Assembly: GCA_035221665.1 (NCBI GenBank)
Contig: CM069145.1
Coordinates: 27,590,001 to 27,654,000, forward strand
Direction: 5' to 3'
Length of the DNA stretch: 64,000 bases
Source of the DNA: Okamejei kenojei
Lineage: Eukaryota
How positions within the stretch are numbered: position 1 is the stretch's first letter; each line of letters begins with the position of its first letter. A model generated the notes under the pieces. The model saw nothing but the letters and a program-made list of their open reading frames with translations. It was not told the origin of the DNA and did not search any database. Of the stretch, positions 55,201-62,670 are shown piece by piece. A program made the translations under genes and the position numbers.

Positions 55201-58200
55201 TGGGTTGAAGGGTCTGTTCCTGTGCTGTGCAGTTCGATGCTCTATGCTTTATGAAAAAATATTTTCTGCAGCCACGCTAGGATCTACAGAGCCTGTAGTG
55301 CAGAGACCAGAATTGAAAGGAATACTCCAGTCATATATTCCTTGCCTTTATTTAAGAAGTGCTGTATCCTATTTGTTGTACCAACAGTTCCCCCAGTATG
55401 CCGTGGCATGTTCAAAGATTTACAGACATAGACGCACAGATTGTTCTTCCTCAAGACTAAGCCATTCACCCGTCCTTATTCTTTCCGACAAAGTGTATCA
55501 TCTCACACTTCATCAAATGTTATTGGCCATTTATCTACCCATTCTGCCAGCCTATGTCCACTCCATTACTGTTACTGCACTCCATTGATTGCCACAGCTC
55601 CATGTTTGTGCGTCGGGTTTTGGATAACTGGCTCAAAAGCTTGTTCCATTACAGCTTTGTTCACTCTGGCACTCAGATAAAATTATTACTATCTATTCAA
55701 TAATTAAACGACCAAACTGTTACAGCAGTGCAAGAATGAATATCAATCAATATTGTTATGAGGCGCAAGTATATTCTTTATATATATTGTCCTGCATCAC
55801 TCACGAGTGCACTATATTCTGTATAGAAATTAAATCCTTATCGTTTAGCAGTACGCGGCCTATAATTCTTTTAGTTTAGTATAGAGATAGAGTGTGGGAA
55901 CAGGCTCTTCAGCCCACCGACTCCACGCCGACCAGCGATCCACTCTCCCTAACACTATCCTACACACACACACTAGGGACAATTTAACATTTTACCAAAG
56001 TCAATTAACCTACACATCTGTGCATCTTTAGAGCATGGGAGGAAACTGGAGCACTCGGAGAAAACCCCCGCAGGGAAAAATATAATTAGGCTGCCGATCT
56101 GAGCCTTAAAGCATAATTAAAAAAGATCTCTGGGTACAACAGGGCATTACACACATTTCTTAATGCTGAAAATATTAACTAAATAAATCCCCCTTCACTT
56201 ACTTCACTGATAGCTTTTTGCTTCTGGGCAACTTGTACAACCTCTGGACTCATAACATTAGTAGAATACCAACTGTTATCTCCTCCATAAGTAGACTGAT
56301 AAGCATTCTGTAATGTTAGAAAAATGAGAAAAATACTTGATTTATAATGTGACAAATCTTAAAATGTACAACATAAAAATGTAATTAACTTAAAAAGAGC
56401 AAGTAGTCATATGTTACCTCGCTGATAAGATTCATATTTTTCTGGGCTTGGAGAATGCCTGGTGGGAGGTGATAGGACTCCTTTGTTTCATCCCATTCTT
56501 TAGTGTATTGCACCTGCAAACCGGAGTATTTTTAAAAGCTCGTTCATATTTGTTTTTATGTGTAAATAAGTCCGCAGAAATAAAAGGGGAAACACTGAAC
56601 ATTGAAACATTGCAGGGGTCACATCCAATTTTCAACCTTTAGTGCTCGGGTATAGACACTCAAGCTCTAGGGTTGAGGGTCTACACTCAAGCCTCAACAT
56701 TGAGCCCTACATTTTAATAAACTTGTCAGCAAAATTGCAAAACAAAGGACAGGCCTCCTCTTTCACTTTAGATTTTAGGGTGGCACGGTGGCGCAGCGGT
56801 AGAGTTGCTGTCTTACAGCTCTTGCAGCACTGCGGACACGGGTTCAATCCCGACCACGGGTGCTGTCTGTAGGGAGTTTGTACATTCTCCCCGTAACCGC
56901 ATGGGTTTTCCCTGAGACCGGTTTCCTCCCACACTTCAAAGATGTACAGGTTTGTAGGTTAATTGGCTTGATAAATGTAAAAATTGTCCCTTGTGTGTGT
57001 AGGATAATGTTAATATGCGGGGATCGCTGGTAGGTGTGGACTCAGTGGGCTGAAAGGCCTGTTTCTGCGCTGTATCTCTAAATTAAACAAAAAAATCAAA
57101 TTAATTGTTGCAAATGTCAGGTGGTAATATATGATTTTGATCAATAGTGTAAAATTGATGATAATTAGTGTGAAGCCCATTTTCCATCTCACCAAAGTTT
57201 TATTATTATTGACCATACAGGATCTGACATTCTACTGGGGCAATGCCTGTTCACATCTCTGCTGCAGATTGCATTAATGTTCATGAGCTCACTGAGAGGA
57301 CAATTCATCGTACACCACTCGACGATTAGCAGGACTATGGTAAGGAAGAATGGAATAACAATGAACTGCTGGTTTACACCAAAGATAGACACAAAATGCT
57401 GCAGTGACCCGGTGGGTCAGGCAGCATCCCTGGAGGACAAGGATTACGAGTCTGAAGAAAGGTTCCAACGCCTAGCATTGCCCAAGTCTGAAGAAGGGTT
57501 CCGGATTGAAACATCGCCTATGTTCTCCAGAGATACTGCCTGACCTGCTGAGTTAATCCAGCATTTTGTGTCTATCCACAACAAGGAAGTACTTGGTTCC
57601 ATCTGAAATAACTGCACCGTCTGTACCCTGCATCTCAATAAAGGGAGGATTTCAATGTGGAAACTCAAAATGAATTGCTTTGAAGGGACAGGTCGAGGCA
57701 CTACCATACGCACCATCCCAGGTACTCACTTAGGTTGCTTGATGGATTCCCAACCAAAGTTGTGGCATCGTGTAATTAAAGCATAATTATGATGCCCTCA
57801 ATAGACAATAGGATCAGGTCACGTACCTTACTGGCGAGTCGTCCAACAGTACAGGCATGCTCTAGTTGCTTCGATCTTATATCCCACTGAAAAACTGATT
57901 TGTATTTTTCGGCATCTTCACGGTACTTAATCTAAATACAAAAATTCAGCAGACAGTTTTATGATAATGAATTTTACAATGTATTTTAAGGATCCTCTCT
58001 ATAGTAACGTTCTTGTCACAATTTATCTTCATTTCATCACAAAAGAGTCGTTATCCTTGACAATCAATGGCTTTGCCATCGTGTATCAATGGTTCACTGG
58101 CACCATCGTTAATCCCCATTCCATCAATACCCTGGGGGGATGCAAAGCAGAAGCCTCCACGTGGGCAATGCTGACGACAGGAACTGTACCACAGTGACTG

Positions 58201-61200
58201 ACTGAAGTAGCCAATTCTGCAACCACTGTCAACCGTCACTGACCGATCGGAAATACATGATGTACAAGACGGCCGGACACGAGGAAGACGAAGAATATCC
58301 TGGGATCCACCATTGACCAAAATCATTACTGGATTAGCCATTATTGCTAATCGATCAAGTCACTGACTGGAGATCCTCATTTCTAGTAACAGGAGGCCAC
58401 CTGGCCCATCGAGTCAATGCTGGCTCTCAGAGGGATCTTATCTGGCCCATTCCCCCATTTAGTTCCCTGCAATCCATTCTCTCTCTCTCTATCTCTCACA
58501 CTCCATCAACCCCACCTAAGCCACATACCTTCCAGAGACATTAGGGTTGATTGACAGCAGTCAATTAACTTACTTACAAGCACTTGGCACGTGAGTGGAA
58601 ACTGCAGTACCCGAGAAATATCACACGGCCACACTGTAATGGTACTATCTCCACACAAACAGAAGCAGAGCCCAGGATCGAACTTGGATGGCTGGAACTG
58701 TGAGGCAGTACCATTGTGGTACTCTCCCGACTCACCTCCCGACTCACCAAAGCCTTTCCACTATCTTTACATGATGAAATAATCCCCACTTGCTGGTAGA
58801 ATGCAGTTCCAACACCACTCAAGAAGCAGAAAAACATCCAAAGCATCACAATGTATTGGCACTCCATCAGCTATTCTAAAACTTCATTGCCTCCACTACA
58901 AAGGACCACATCTGCAGTTGTGCCATCTAGAGAACGTGTTGCCACAGATTGCCGAAGGTTTCTATTATCTAAATGGTGGCCGATTAGGAAAAGGGGAGAT
59001 GCAGCGAGACCTGGGTGTCATGGTACACCAGTCATTGAAAGTAGGCATGCAGGTGCAGCAGGCAGTGAAGAAAGCGAATGGTATGTTAGCTTTCATAGCA
59101 AAAGGATTTGAGTATAGGAGCAGGGAGGTTCTACTTCAGTTGTACAGGGTCTTGGTGAGACCACACCTGGAGTATTGCATACAGTTCTGGTCTCCAAATC
59201 TGAGGAAGGACATTATTGCAATAGAGGGAGTGCAGAGAAGGTTCACCAGACTGATTCCTGGGTTGTCAGGACTGTCTTATGAAGAAAGACTGGATAGACT
59301 CGGTTTATACTCTCTAGAATATAGGAGATTGAGAGGGGATCTTATAGAAACTTACAAAATTCTTAAGGGGTTGGACAGGCTAGATGCAGGAAGATTGTTC
59401 CCGATGTTGGGGAAGTCCAGGACAAGGGGTCACAGCTTAAGGATAAGGGGGAAATCCTTTAAGACCGAGATGAGAAAGACTTTTTTCACACAGAGAGTGG
59501 TGAGTCTCTGGAACTCTCTGCCACAGAGGGTAGTTGAGGCCAGTTCATTGGCTATATTTAAGAGGGAGTTAGACATGGCCCTTGTGGCTAAGGGGATCAG
59601 GGGGTATGGAGAGAAGGCAGGTACGGGATGATCAGCCATGATCATATTGAATAGCGGTGCAGGCTCGAAGGGCCAAATGGCCTACTCCTGCACCTAATTT
59701 CTATGTTTCTATGTTTCTATGTTTCCTCAACAACACTCCCCCCAAGCCAGCCATCTCTAGCACCAAGAAAATCAAACACTGTAAATGCATGAGATATATC
59801 CTAGTTTCCTACCCTGATGAGACCTGTTCTGACTTAGAATTCTCTCTCTGGTTTTATATTATTATGGGATCTACATCTAGCAACACCACATTGAGACCTC
59901 CTTCTTACATGGACTGCAACAGTTCGAGCAGGCAGCTCTACCGAGCAATTAGAGATGAGCAGTACATGCTGGTAATGTTCACACATGCTAAATGAAGGGA
60001 AAAAAGTTTTTTAATATAAATTATTTGTAATTAGCTCCGATGCTTGCCACATCTTCTCGTAGAGCTGTTCAAAGTTAAGTATTAGAATGTAATAATAAGG
60101 AGCTGCAGATGCTGGTTTATACCAAAGATAGACACAAATGCTGAAGTAATGCTGCAGATCTGAAGAAGGGTCCTGACCTGAAATGTCCATTTTCTTCAGA
60201 GATGCTGCCTCACCTGCTGAGTTACACCTGCATTTTATGTCTATCAAAGTTAAGTATTGTTAGCTTCAGAGTAACAGGTAAATGATATCATCTAAATTGC
60301 ATGGAATGAGTCAAACACTTCCTTTCAAATAATTCTGTCTGAAAGATGAAGATCAGTGCCAGGAGGCCATTACAAGCAAACTCACATTAGAAGAGCAAGA
60401 AAAACAAATAGATTTAGTAGAGAGCAGATTAGATGAAACAATGTAGCTAAAGAATTATCAATAGTTTTATTATTTTCATCTGCAAACATTGGTCTCACGT
60501 TTAATTAACAAAGAAAGAAAAAGAATTTCACTTCCAATAAATGGCCTCATATTGATAACATTCAACTTTAAACACACAAGTCTATATTGACAGCGTAGGT
60601 TTTAGGCGAGCATTAAAGAAAGATTACTATTTCAAAAACAAATTTCCTGATCTCAATTAATTCAATTTTTAAAGTACGATTCTTGTTCCTATTATATTCA
60701 GTTACTGGTATCAGTCAGAAAGTATATTGGAAAGTATTAGATAATTTTAATTTATTTTTTGTAAGTTAACACAAAAGAGATGTGGTCTTATTAAAACGGA
60801 AGGAAAATAGACTGTATTTAAAGAATTAAAATTCAGATTCCAATTACTAGAGAACAATTTCAACAATACCTGAACTAAAGTTCAACTGTAGTATAAGATA
60901 TTAGTGGTTAAAAATAATGTTATACCAATACACATTAATGGTAAAGGACATGCTAAGGTGATCGTGAACGTTTTCGTTGTACACAGTATATAAGGCAGAA
61001 TATGTTCCAGACAAAGTTTTTGTGATTTTCCTTTCAAATCTACAACACCAACATAATAAGAATCTGTTCCATTATGCAAAGTTATGCAAAATTAATTTAG
61101 TATTTCTGGACCAGATTGCTGATTTGTGGTTGATAGCAGCAAAACATTATGAGGAGGAATAAATAACGATAAGTATAGCTGAGTCTATGATTTTAACCTT

Positions 61201-62239
61201 TGCTTGAAGGCGAAGGTTTCATGCCACAGTTGCCATCCAGAAATAGATGCTGCTCCAACACAGATTCATTGGAAGATTTGCATGTCACCGAAAGCAAGAG
61301 AAAAAGTTTTCTGAATTTATCACAAAACCTGTGCAACGTGACATACTCAGTCATCTGATAATTAGTTACTTACGATTTAATAACTGCTTTGTTGTTTCAG
61401 TTGAAACAGAACCCATTCTTAGGAAGGGGGGAAATCCCGTTGCAAATGATTTCGAGTTGTTTAAATGATTTCAGTCTTGGATGATCTTTAAGATTAAAAT
61501 ATTTTAATGTCCTTTAATAGTCATATGTACCCACCTCACTTGACTGGCTTTGTTTTTTCACGTTCATGTTCAACGGAGTGTCAAGGATACTTGTGAACTT
61601 GTTCAGTTTGGGGTTGTGCCTGCGAATTAAAGGGGGAAAAAACATTGCACGTAATTTAGAAAATTAAGTCAATAGCTTTGCCTTGCAATTTCACCTAAAG
61701 TTACCCAGGCAAGATTCTCAAAATCATACAATCTATTCTTACTATTAATAGATTGAAGAATTCCGGTGGTATAAATATCTAAAATTAGAATAGCCGCGAG
61801 ACTGTTAGTATACACAGTAACAACAAAAATAGACTCGAGCAGTTTAACAGTTACTGATGACATTGTACTTCTAATTTTATGTTTTCAATGTATTTGCCAT
61901 CTTTTAAAGATACATTAATAACATATAAACGTTGGTGAATATCAATAGGCCACAGAAGCCATCACTAATATCAAAAATGACTTACGCCTGGCAATAAGGC
62001 TTCTTCTCATGGCTGATAAAGTTATTTACTGTCAGGATCATTTTGCAGACCTCACAATGAAAGCAAGACTTGTGCCATGTCTGTAGATAGCAAAAGTAAA
62101 CATTGTATTAACTGTCCCCAATCTGAGTTGATAATGACACTTCAATGAAAGTCTGGCAATGTTCACTTACCTGATCCAAGCAAACTAACTTTTCTGCGGG
62201 ATAAACCCCGAATCCACAGCGGGCGCATGATGTGTTCAT
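1088..62239 (-). CDS. NRAP: NRAP gene span (5' 26 coding exons, 995 aa; 3' end outside window): LIM domain + nebulin modules/super-repeats
   Basis: Manually spliced GT-AG exons form one open frame: [20 protein letters not shown] start, [13 protein letters not shown] motif, S(D/E)xxY(K/R) nebulin modules, WMKGVGW/WMRGVGW super-repeat motifs. The LIM + super-repeat architecture distinguishes NRAP from LASP1, NEBL and NEB. Confidence 0.96.
1263..1525 (-). mobile_element. Solo LTR (Gypsy-like), 263 bp
   Basis: Minus strand begins TGTGG and ends CTACA; flanks GAGC (1259-1262) / GAAC (1526-1529) are a 4-bp TSD with 1 mismatch; TATA-like TACTTAAG; AATAAA at 1299-1304; CpG-rich versus flanks. Confidence 0.7.
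1760..2120 (+). mobile_element. HER1-like CR1 LINE 3' end
   Basis: [14 protein letters not shown]; tail gcctgtttccacgctgtatgactctatg. Similar copies at ~2795-3110(+), 10375-10670(-), 13890-14430(-), 45300-45670(+), 47750-48025(+). Confidence 0.85.
4505..4612 (-). CDS. NRAP: NRAP exon 25 ([36 protein letters not shown])
   Basis: 108 nt; cctttaaag / GAT|gtaagt. Confidence 0.95.
4682..4980 (+). mobile_element. tRNA-derived V-SINE (HE1-like)
   Basis: A box TGGCACAGCGG 4694-4704, B box GGTTCGATCC 4737-4746; V-domain (gagtttggacgttctccctgtgactgcgtgggttt); LINE-like tail ending ctgtatctctaaa. Confidence 0.88.
7046..7150 (-). CDS. NRAP: NRAP exon 24 ([35 protein letters not shown])
   Basis: 105 nt; tttctcag / GAG|gtgaga. 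Confidence 0.95.
7934..8063 (-). mobile_element. Short Penelope-like insertion with intact minimal hammerhead motif
   Basis: Minus strand gtCTGAAGA-A-GGGTT-TC-GGCCC-GAAAC-GTT-acc; 15-bp TSD TGTAGAAACTGAATG (7919-7933, 8064-8078). Confidence 0.75.
8034..8061 (-). ncRNA. Putative minimal type I hammerhead ribozyme core
   Basis: CUGAAGA / stem II / GAAA / UH triplet GUU; stem I only ~2 bp. Confidence 0.55.
8745..9065 (-). mobile_element. V-SINE (HE1-like) nested in an older plus-strand SINE (~8478-8700 and ~9070-9140)
   Basis: Reverse complement of the same head, V-domain and tail; the host SINE resumes after it. Confidence 0.8.
9795..9893 (-). CDS. NRAP: NRAP exon 23 ([33 protein letters not shown])
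   Basis: 99 nt; ccttacag / GAT|gtaagc. Confidence 0.95.
11185..11289 (-). CDS. NRAP: NRAP exon 22 ([35 protein letters not shown])
   Basis: 105 nt; tttatcag / GAG|gtaagt; WMRGVGW motif exactly 7 modules (243 aa) after the previous one. Confidence 0.96.
11723..12056 (-). mobile_element. V-SINE (HE1-like)
   Basis: (TTTAG)n tail, V-domain, B box ggatcgaacc (rc), head ...catgccgcccc. Confidence 0.88.
12070..12689 (+). mobile_element. CR1-clade LINE 3' fragment
   Basis: [13 protein letters not shown]...[12 protein letters not shown]; tail tttctatgtttctatgtttc. Confidence 0.93.
12697..13095 (-). mobile_element. Short structured non-LTR retroposon with (GAT)n tail (possibly non-autonomous RTE-related)
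   Basis: (CAT)n at 12697-12708; direct repeat CATTAGT at 12690-12696 and 13096-13102; GC/CpG-rich with several perfect hairpins. Confidence 0.6.
14764..15075 (-). CDS. NRAP: NRAP exon 21 (three modules, [16 protein letters not shown]...[11 protein letters not shown])
   Basis: 312 nt open frame; tttaacag / AAT|gtgagt; overlaps ORF 14569..15036. Confidence 0.96.
15991..16098 (-). CDS. NRAP: NRAP exon 20 ([36 protein letters not shown])
   Basis: 108 nt; tttatcaag / GAT|gtaagt. Confidence 0.95.
17770..18070 (+). mobile_element. V-SINE (HE1-like)
   Basis: Head, ggttcgattc B box, V-domain, gggccgaagggc tail. Confidence 0.85.
18144..18248 (-). CDS. NRAP: NRAP exon 19 ([35 protein letters not shown])
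   Basis: 105 nt; ttatgcag / GAT|gtaagt. Confidence 0.95.
19335..19433 (-). CDS. NRAP: NRAP exon 18 ([33 protein letters not shown])
   Basis: 99 nt; cttgcag / GAA|gtgagt. Confidence 0.95.
20226..20434. mobile_element. Palindromic (inverted) Penelope-like insertion
   Basis: ~75-bp near-perfect inverted arms (20267-20343 vs 20358-20434); 15-bp TSD TACCTTTCACAATCT (20211-20225, 20435-20449). Confidence 0.8.
22781..22885 (-). CDS. NRAP: NRAP exon 17 ([35 protein letters not shown])
   Basis: 105 nt; ttaaccag / GAG|gtgagc; WMKGVGW super-repeat motif. Confidence 0.96.
23585..23815 (+). mobile_element. Rex1/Babar-like LINE 3' end with internal poly-C
   Basis: agattcaaggacagtttcttcccagctgttatc ([11 protein letters not shown]), then 3' UTR ending aataaactaaa. 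Confidence 0.55.
23989..24186 (-). CDS. NRAP: NRAP exon 16 (two modules, [11 protein letters not shown]...[11 protein letters not shown])
   Basis: 198 nt open frame; aaatag / GAG|gtgaga; [10 protein letters not shown] and SDLEYRK motifs. Confidence 0.95.
24269..24605 (-). mobile_element. V-SINE (HE1-like)
   Basis: Same family, reverse orientation, (TTTAG)n tail. Confidence 0.85.
25102..25209 (-). CDS. NRAP: NRAP exon 15 ([36 protein letters not shown])
   Basis: 108 nt; tttgaaag acceptor / GAG|gtacat donor. Confidence 0.93.
26912..27113. mobile_element. Palindromic Penelope-like insertion
   Basis: Inverted arms around cttcagtctgaag; 9-bp TSD AAATAAGAC (26903-26911, 27114-27122). Confidence 0.78.
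27363..27470 (-). CDS. NRAP: NRAP exon 14 ([36 protein letters not shown])
   Basis: 108 nt; gttcccag / GAT|gtaagt. Confidence 0.95.
27683..28212. mobile_element. Non-autonomous PIF/Harbinger-like DNA transposon (MITE), 530 bp
   Basis: Termini AGGGGCTGTCC...GGACAACCCCT; TAA TSD at 27680-27682 and 28213-28215; internal CGAC-rich short repeats. Confidence 0.75.
29493..29900. mobile_element. Tc1/mariner (pogo/Tigger-like) MITE, 408 bp
   Basis: Perfect 20-bp TIR CAGGTCCACCACTGATTTTC / GAAAATCAGTGGTGGACCTG flanked by TA on both sides. Confidence 0.85.
30914..30977. repeat. 18-bp inverted repeat plus an extra direct copy of one arm
   Basis: CAGTGTTATATTCGGAAC - 11 nt - GTTCCGAATATAACATTG, then TCCGAATATAACATT again. 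Confidence 0.8.
31868..32170. repeat. Degenerate tandem duplication, 2 x ~150 bp, TA-rich
   Basis: tagtcaaa.gttgtaaaa, ttttaagatt, tacagatctca and acaaatgt.t.tacatc.atata each occur twice in the same order. Confidence 0.75.
32415..32519 (-). CDS. NRAP: NRAP exon 13 ([35 protein letters not shown])
   Basis: 105 nt; ctttacag / GAT|gtgagt; inside ORF 32304..32546. Confidence 0.95.
32966..33064 (-). CDS. NRAP: NRAP exon 12 ([33 protein letters not shown])
   Basis: 99 nt; cttccag / AAT|gtaag. Confidence 0.95.
34959..35063 (-). CDS. NRAP: NRAP exon 11 ([35 protein letters not shown])
   Basis: 105 nt; ttttacag / GAT|gtaag; KLVPLKD end. Confidence 0.93.
36625..36949 (-). mobile_element. V-SINE nested in a Penelope-like repeat (~36560-36620 and ~36970-37008)
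   Basis: Same SINE family; the host repeat aggaactgcagatgctg...gagaccct is split around it. Confidence 0.75.
37174..39325 (-). mobile_element. CR1-clade LINE, 5'-truncated ~2.1 kb, frameshifted RT
   Basis: Frames give [73 protein letters not shown]; (TATGTTTC)-type tail at ~37174. Confidence 0.93.
39630..39775 (+). mobile_element. CR1 RT fragment
   Basis: [33 protein letters not shown]. Confidence 0.75.
41080..41306. mobile_element. Non-autonomous PIF/Harbinger-like MITE, 227 bp
   Basis: Perfect 20-bp TIR AGGGCCTGTCCCACTTTCAC / GTGAAAGTGGGACAGGCCCT; TAA on left, TTG on right; internal blocks shared with 27683-28212. Confidence 0.8.
41505..41787. repeat. Degenerate AT-rich tandem repeat, 3 x ~95 bp
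   Basis: Units start tagat at ~41505, 41603, 41694 and share ttgtat..atta.tgtaaa and ttcc.a.attt...tttctttaa. Confidence 0.8.
42087..42194 (-). CDS. NRAP: NRAP exon 10 ([36 protein letters not shown])
   Basis: 108 nt; tttgtgtag / GAT|gtgagt. Confidence 0.95.
43084..43305 (-). mobile_element. Internal CR1 ORF2 fragment
   Basis: [21 protein letters not shown]...[12 protein letters not shown] resembles the CR1 pre-RT region. Confidence 0.75.
43910..43937 (-). ncRNA. Putative minimal hammerhead ribozyme core in a Penelope-like repeat (43805-43940)
   Basis: CUGAAGA-A-GGGUC-CC-GACCC-GAAAC-GUC; stem I 5' arm truncated. Confidence 0.55.
44238..44342 (-). CDS. NRAP: NRAP exon 9 ([35 protein letters not shown])
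   Basis: 105 nt; cttttcag / AAT|gtgagt; [10 protein letters not shown] motif. Confidence 0.94.
44595..44870 (+). mobile_element. V-SINE (HE1-like)
   Basis: Head, V-domain, tail. Confidence 0.82.
45080..45196 (-). CDS. NRAP: NRAP exon 8 ([39 protein letters not shown])
   Basis: 117 nt; ttatag / GAG|gtaaag; nebulin module. Confidence 0.93.
45913..46591. mobile_element. Degenerate Tigger-like non-autonomous DNA transposon
   Basis: Imperfect TIR CAGTAAAACCTTGTTATAAC / GTAATAACGAGTGTTTACTG followed by TA; subterminal TCC-x-TATA repeats; GC-rich interior. Confidence 0.6.
46620..46727 (-). CDS. NRAP: NRAP exon 7 ([36 protein letters not shown])
   Basis: 108 nt; ctttggcag / GAT|gtaagt; NRAP-typical [14 protein letters not shown]. 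Confidence 0.95.
46990..47282 (-). mobile_element. V-SINE (HE1-like)
   Basis: Reverse copy; ggattgaacc B box. Confidence 0.82.
48925..49185 (+). mobile_element. Longer Penelope-like terminal-repeat fragment
   Basis: Extends ~150 bp upstream of a degenerate CTGAAGA...AAACGTC motif. Other family copies at ~1555, 7647, 10050, 13690, 14087, 18585, 23830, 28335, 29215, 31650, 32790, 40630, 57360, 62785, 63858. Confidence 0.65.
49446..49550 (-). CDS. NRAP: NRAP exon 6 ([35 protein letters not shown]), divergent linker module
   Basis: 105 nt phase 0-0; atcccag acceptor, CAG|gttggt donor; aligns ungapped with the recalled human module VRYHQQYQKEM...GAE..RE...YGQ; not in the ORF track. Confidence 0.8.
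52165..52435 (+). mobile_element. V-SINE with internal long poly-C
   Basis: V-domain interrupted by a C run at ~52233-52260. Confidence 0.78.
52613..52760 (-). mobile_element. Penelope-like insertion nested in an older copy of a related repeat
   Basis: 15-bp TSD AACCTGAAATGTTAA (52598-52612, 52761-52775); hammerhead core mutated (GAAA to AAAA). Confidence 0.75.
53095..53359 (-). mobile_element. V-SINE (internally deleted)
   Basis: Tail, head and B box present; part of the V-domain missing. Confidence 0.8.
53725..54044 (-). mobile_element. V-SINE (HE1-like)
   Basis: Near-complete reverse copy. Confidence 0.85.
54330..55250 (+). mobile_element. Degenerate CR1/HER1-like LINE 3' fragment
   Basis: Broken RT C-terminal motifs ([17 protein letters not shown]); 3' end gggtctgttcctgtgctg shared with the SINE tail. 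Confidence 0.8.
55870..56072 (-). mobile_element. V-SINE 3' half
   Basis: Tail and part of the V-domain; further partial copies at ~35325-35515(-) and ~58385-58720(-). Confidence 0.8.
56203..56307 (-). CDS. NRAP: NRAP exon 5 ([35 protein letters not shown])
   Basis: 105 nt phase 0-0; ttacag / GAA|gtaagt. Confidence 0.9.
56778..57087 (+). mobile_element. V-SINE (HE1-like)
   Basis: TGGCGCAGCGG A box, GGTTCAATCC B box, V-domain, tail. Confidence 0.88.
57827..57931 (-). CDS. NRAP: NRAP exon 4 ([35 protein letters not shown])
   Basis: 105 nt phase 0-0; tttag acceptor, AAG|gtacgt donor; KSVFxWD motif recalled from NRAP. Confidence 0.92.
58960..59725 (+). mobile_element. CR1-clade LINE 3' fragment, open ORF2 C-terminus
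   Basis: QRDLGV...[13 protein letters not shown]...[11 protein letters not shown]...LWNSLPQ; (TTCTATGT)n tail. Confidence 0.93.
60084..60243. mobile_element. Penelope-like insertion, partly inverted
   Basis: 15-bp TSD TCAAAGTTAAGTATT (60069-60083, 60244-60258); tctgaagaagggtcctgacctgaaa. Confidence 0.72.
61535..61619 (-). CDS. NRAP: NRAP exon 3 ([28 protein letters not shown])
   Basis: Acceptor ttcgcag; donor GAG|gtgggt; 85 nt restores phase 0; supplies the last LIM ligand (H). Confidence 0.93.
61986..62080 (-). CDS. NRAP: NRAP exon 2 ([32 protein letters not shown]), LIM core
   Basis: Acceptor ctacag; donor GC|gtaag; H-x2-C-x2-C-x2-C LIM ligands; 95 nt, phase 2 end. Confidence 0.96.
62171..62239 (-). 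CDS. NRAP: NRAP coding exon 1 ([23 protein letters not shown]), LIM start
   Basis: ATG with A at -3 (tcaaaATG); CxxC; donor CAG|gtaagt; 69 nt. Confidence 0.95.
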
Positions 62240-62299
62240 TTTGATTGTGGTTTAATGGGACAACGAAAAAGCTTCCCCTTTCCCTTGAGTTGTGCTTCG

Positions 62300-62670
62300 T
62301 GTGCCCCAACTTTTATCCTTCCTCTGTGCTGGAACCTGTTGCTGGCAGTCAACTGCTTTATTTCACAGCTGGGACTGCCTCGTCCCCCGTTCTTCGCCTA
62401 TTGGTTGAAGCTGCCCGTTGCCGGGCCCTGATCTTCAGGATGCAGCTTGTGTGTGGTCACCAGAGCTGCCAACCACAAGGCGCTCACATGTGCGAATTGA
62501 ATCAGGTTTAAGTCGGGAGAGTGACTGGCCCTCATGAATGTCTCGTCCCAAAATAGGATGGAGTGATATGTTGCTAAATACAATTTGACGTCAACCCCAC
62601 GCAGAAGGGAACTGACAACATTTTATGGGCACAGTAAAAATCAGATAAATAAGGCCCATATTTTGGAGCA
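62300..62670 (-). promoter_or_regulatory. Putative NRAP proximal muscle promoter
   Basis: Perfect CArG CCAAAATAGG 62548-62557; CRE TGACGTCA 62586-62593; GATA AGATAA 62643-62648; CArG-like 62619-62628 and 62657-62666; E-boxes CAACTG 62350-62355 and CAGCTG 62366-62371; CCAAT (minus) 62400-62404; TATA-like GATAAAAG (minus) 62310-62317; repeat-free up to a LINE tail at ~62672. Confidence 0.65.

Noticed and set aside
55284-55469. Candidate missing NRAP exon
   Set aside because: No nebulin motif or good splice sites; it looks like decayed LINE sequence.
58801-59631. 276-aa ORF, and the 227-aa ORF at 11908..12591, as host genes
   Set aside because: Both are CR1 ORF2 C-terminal fragments with chance N-terminal extensions and LINE tails.
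61535-62239. LASP1 or NEBL/LASP2 identity for the LIM gene
   Set aside because: The LIM domain is followed by more than 20 modules with super-repeat W motifs and NRAP-type peptides, not 2-3 repeats plus SH3.
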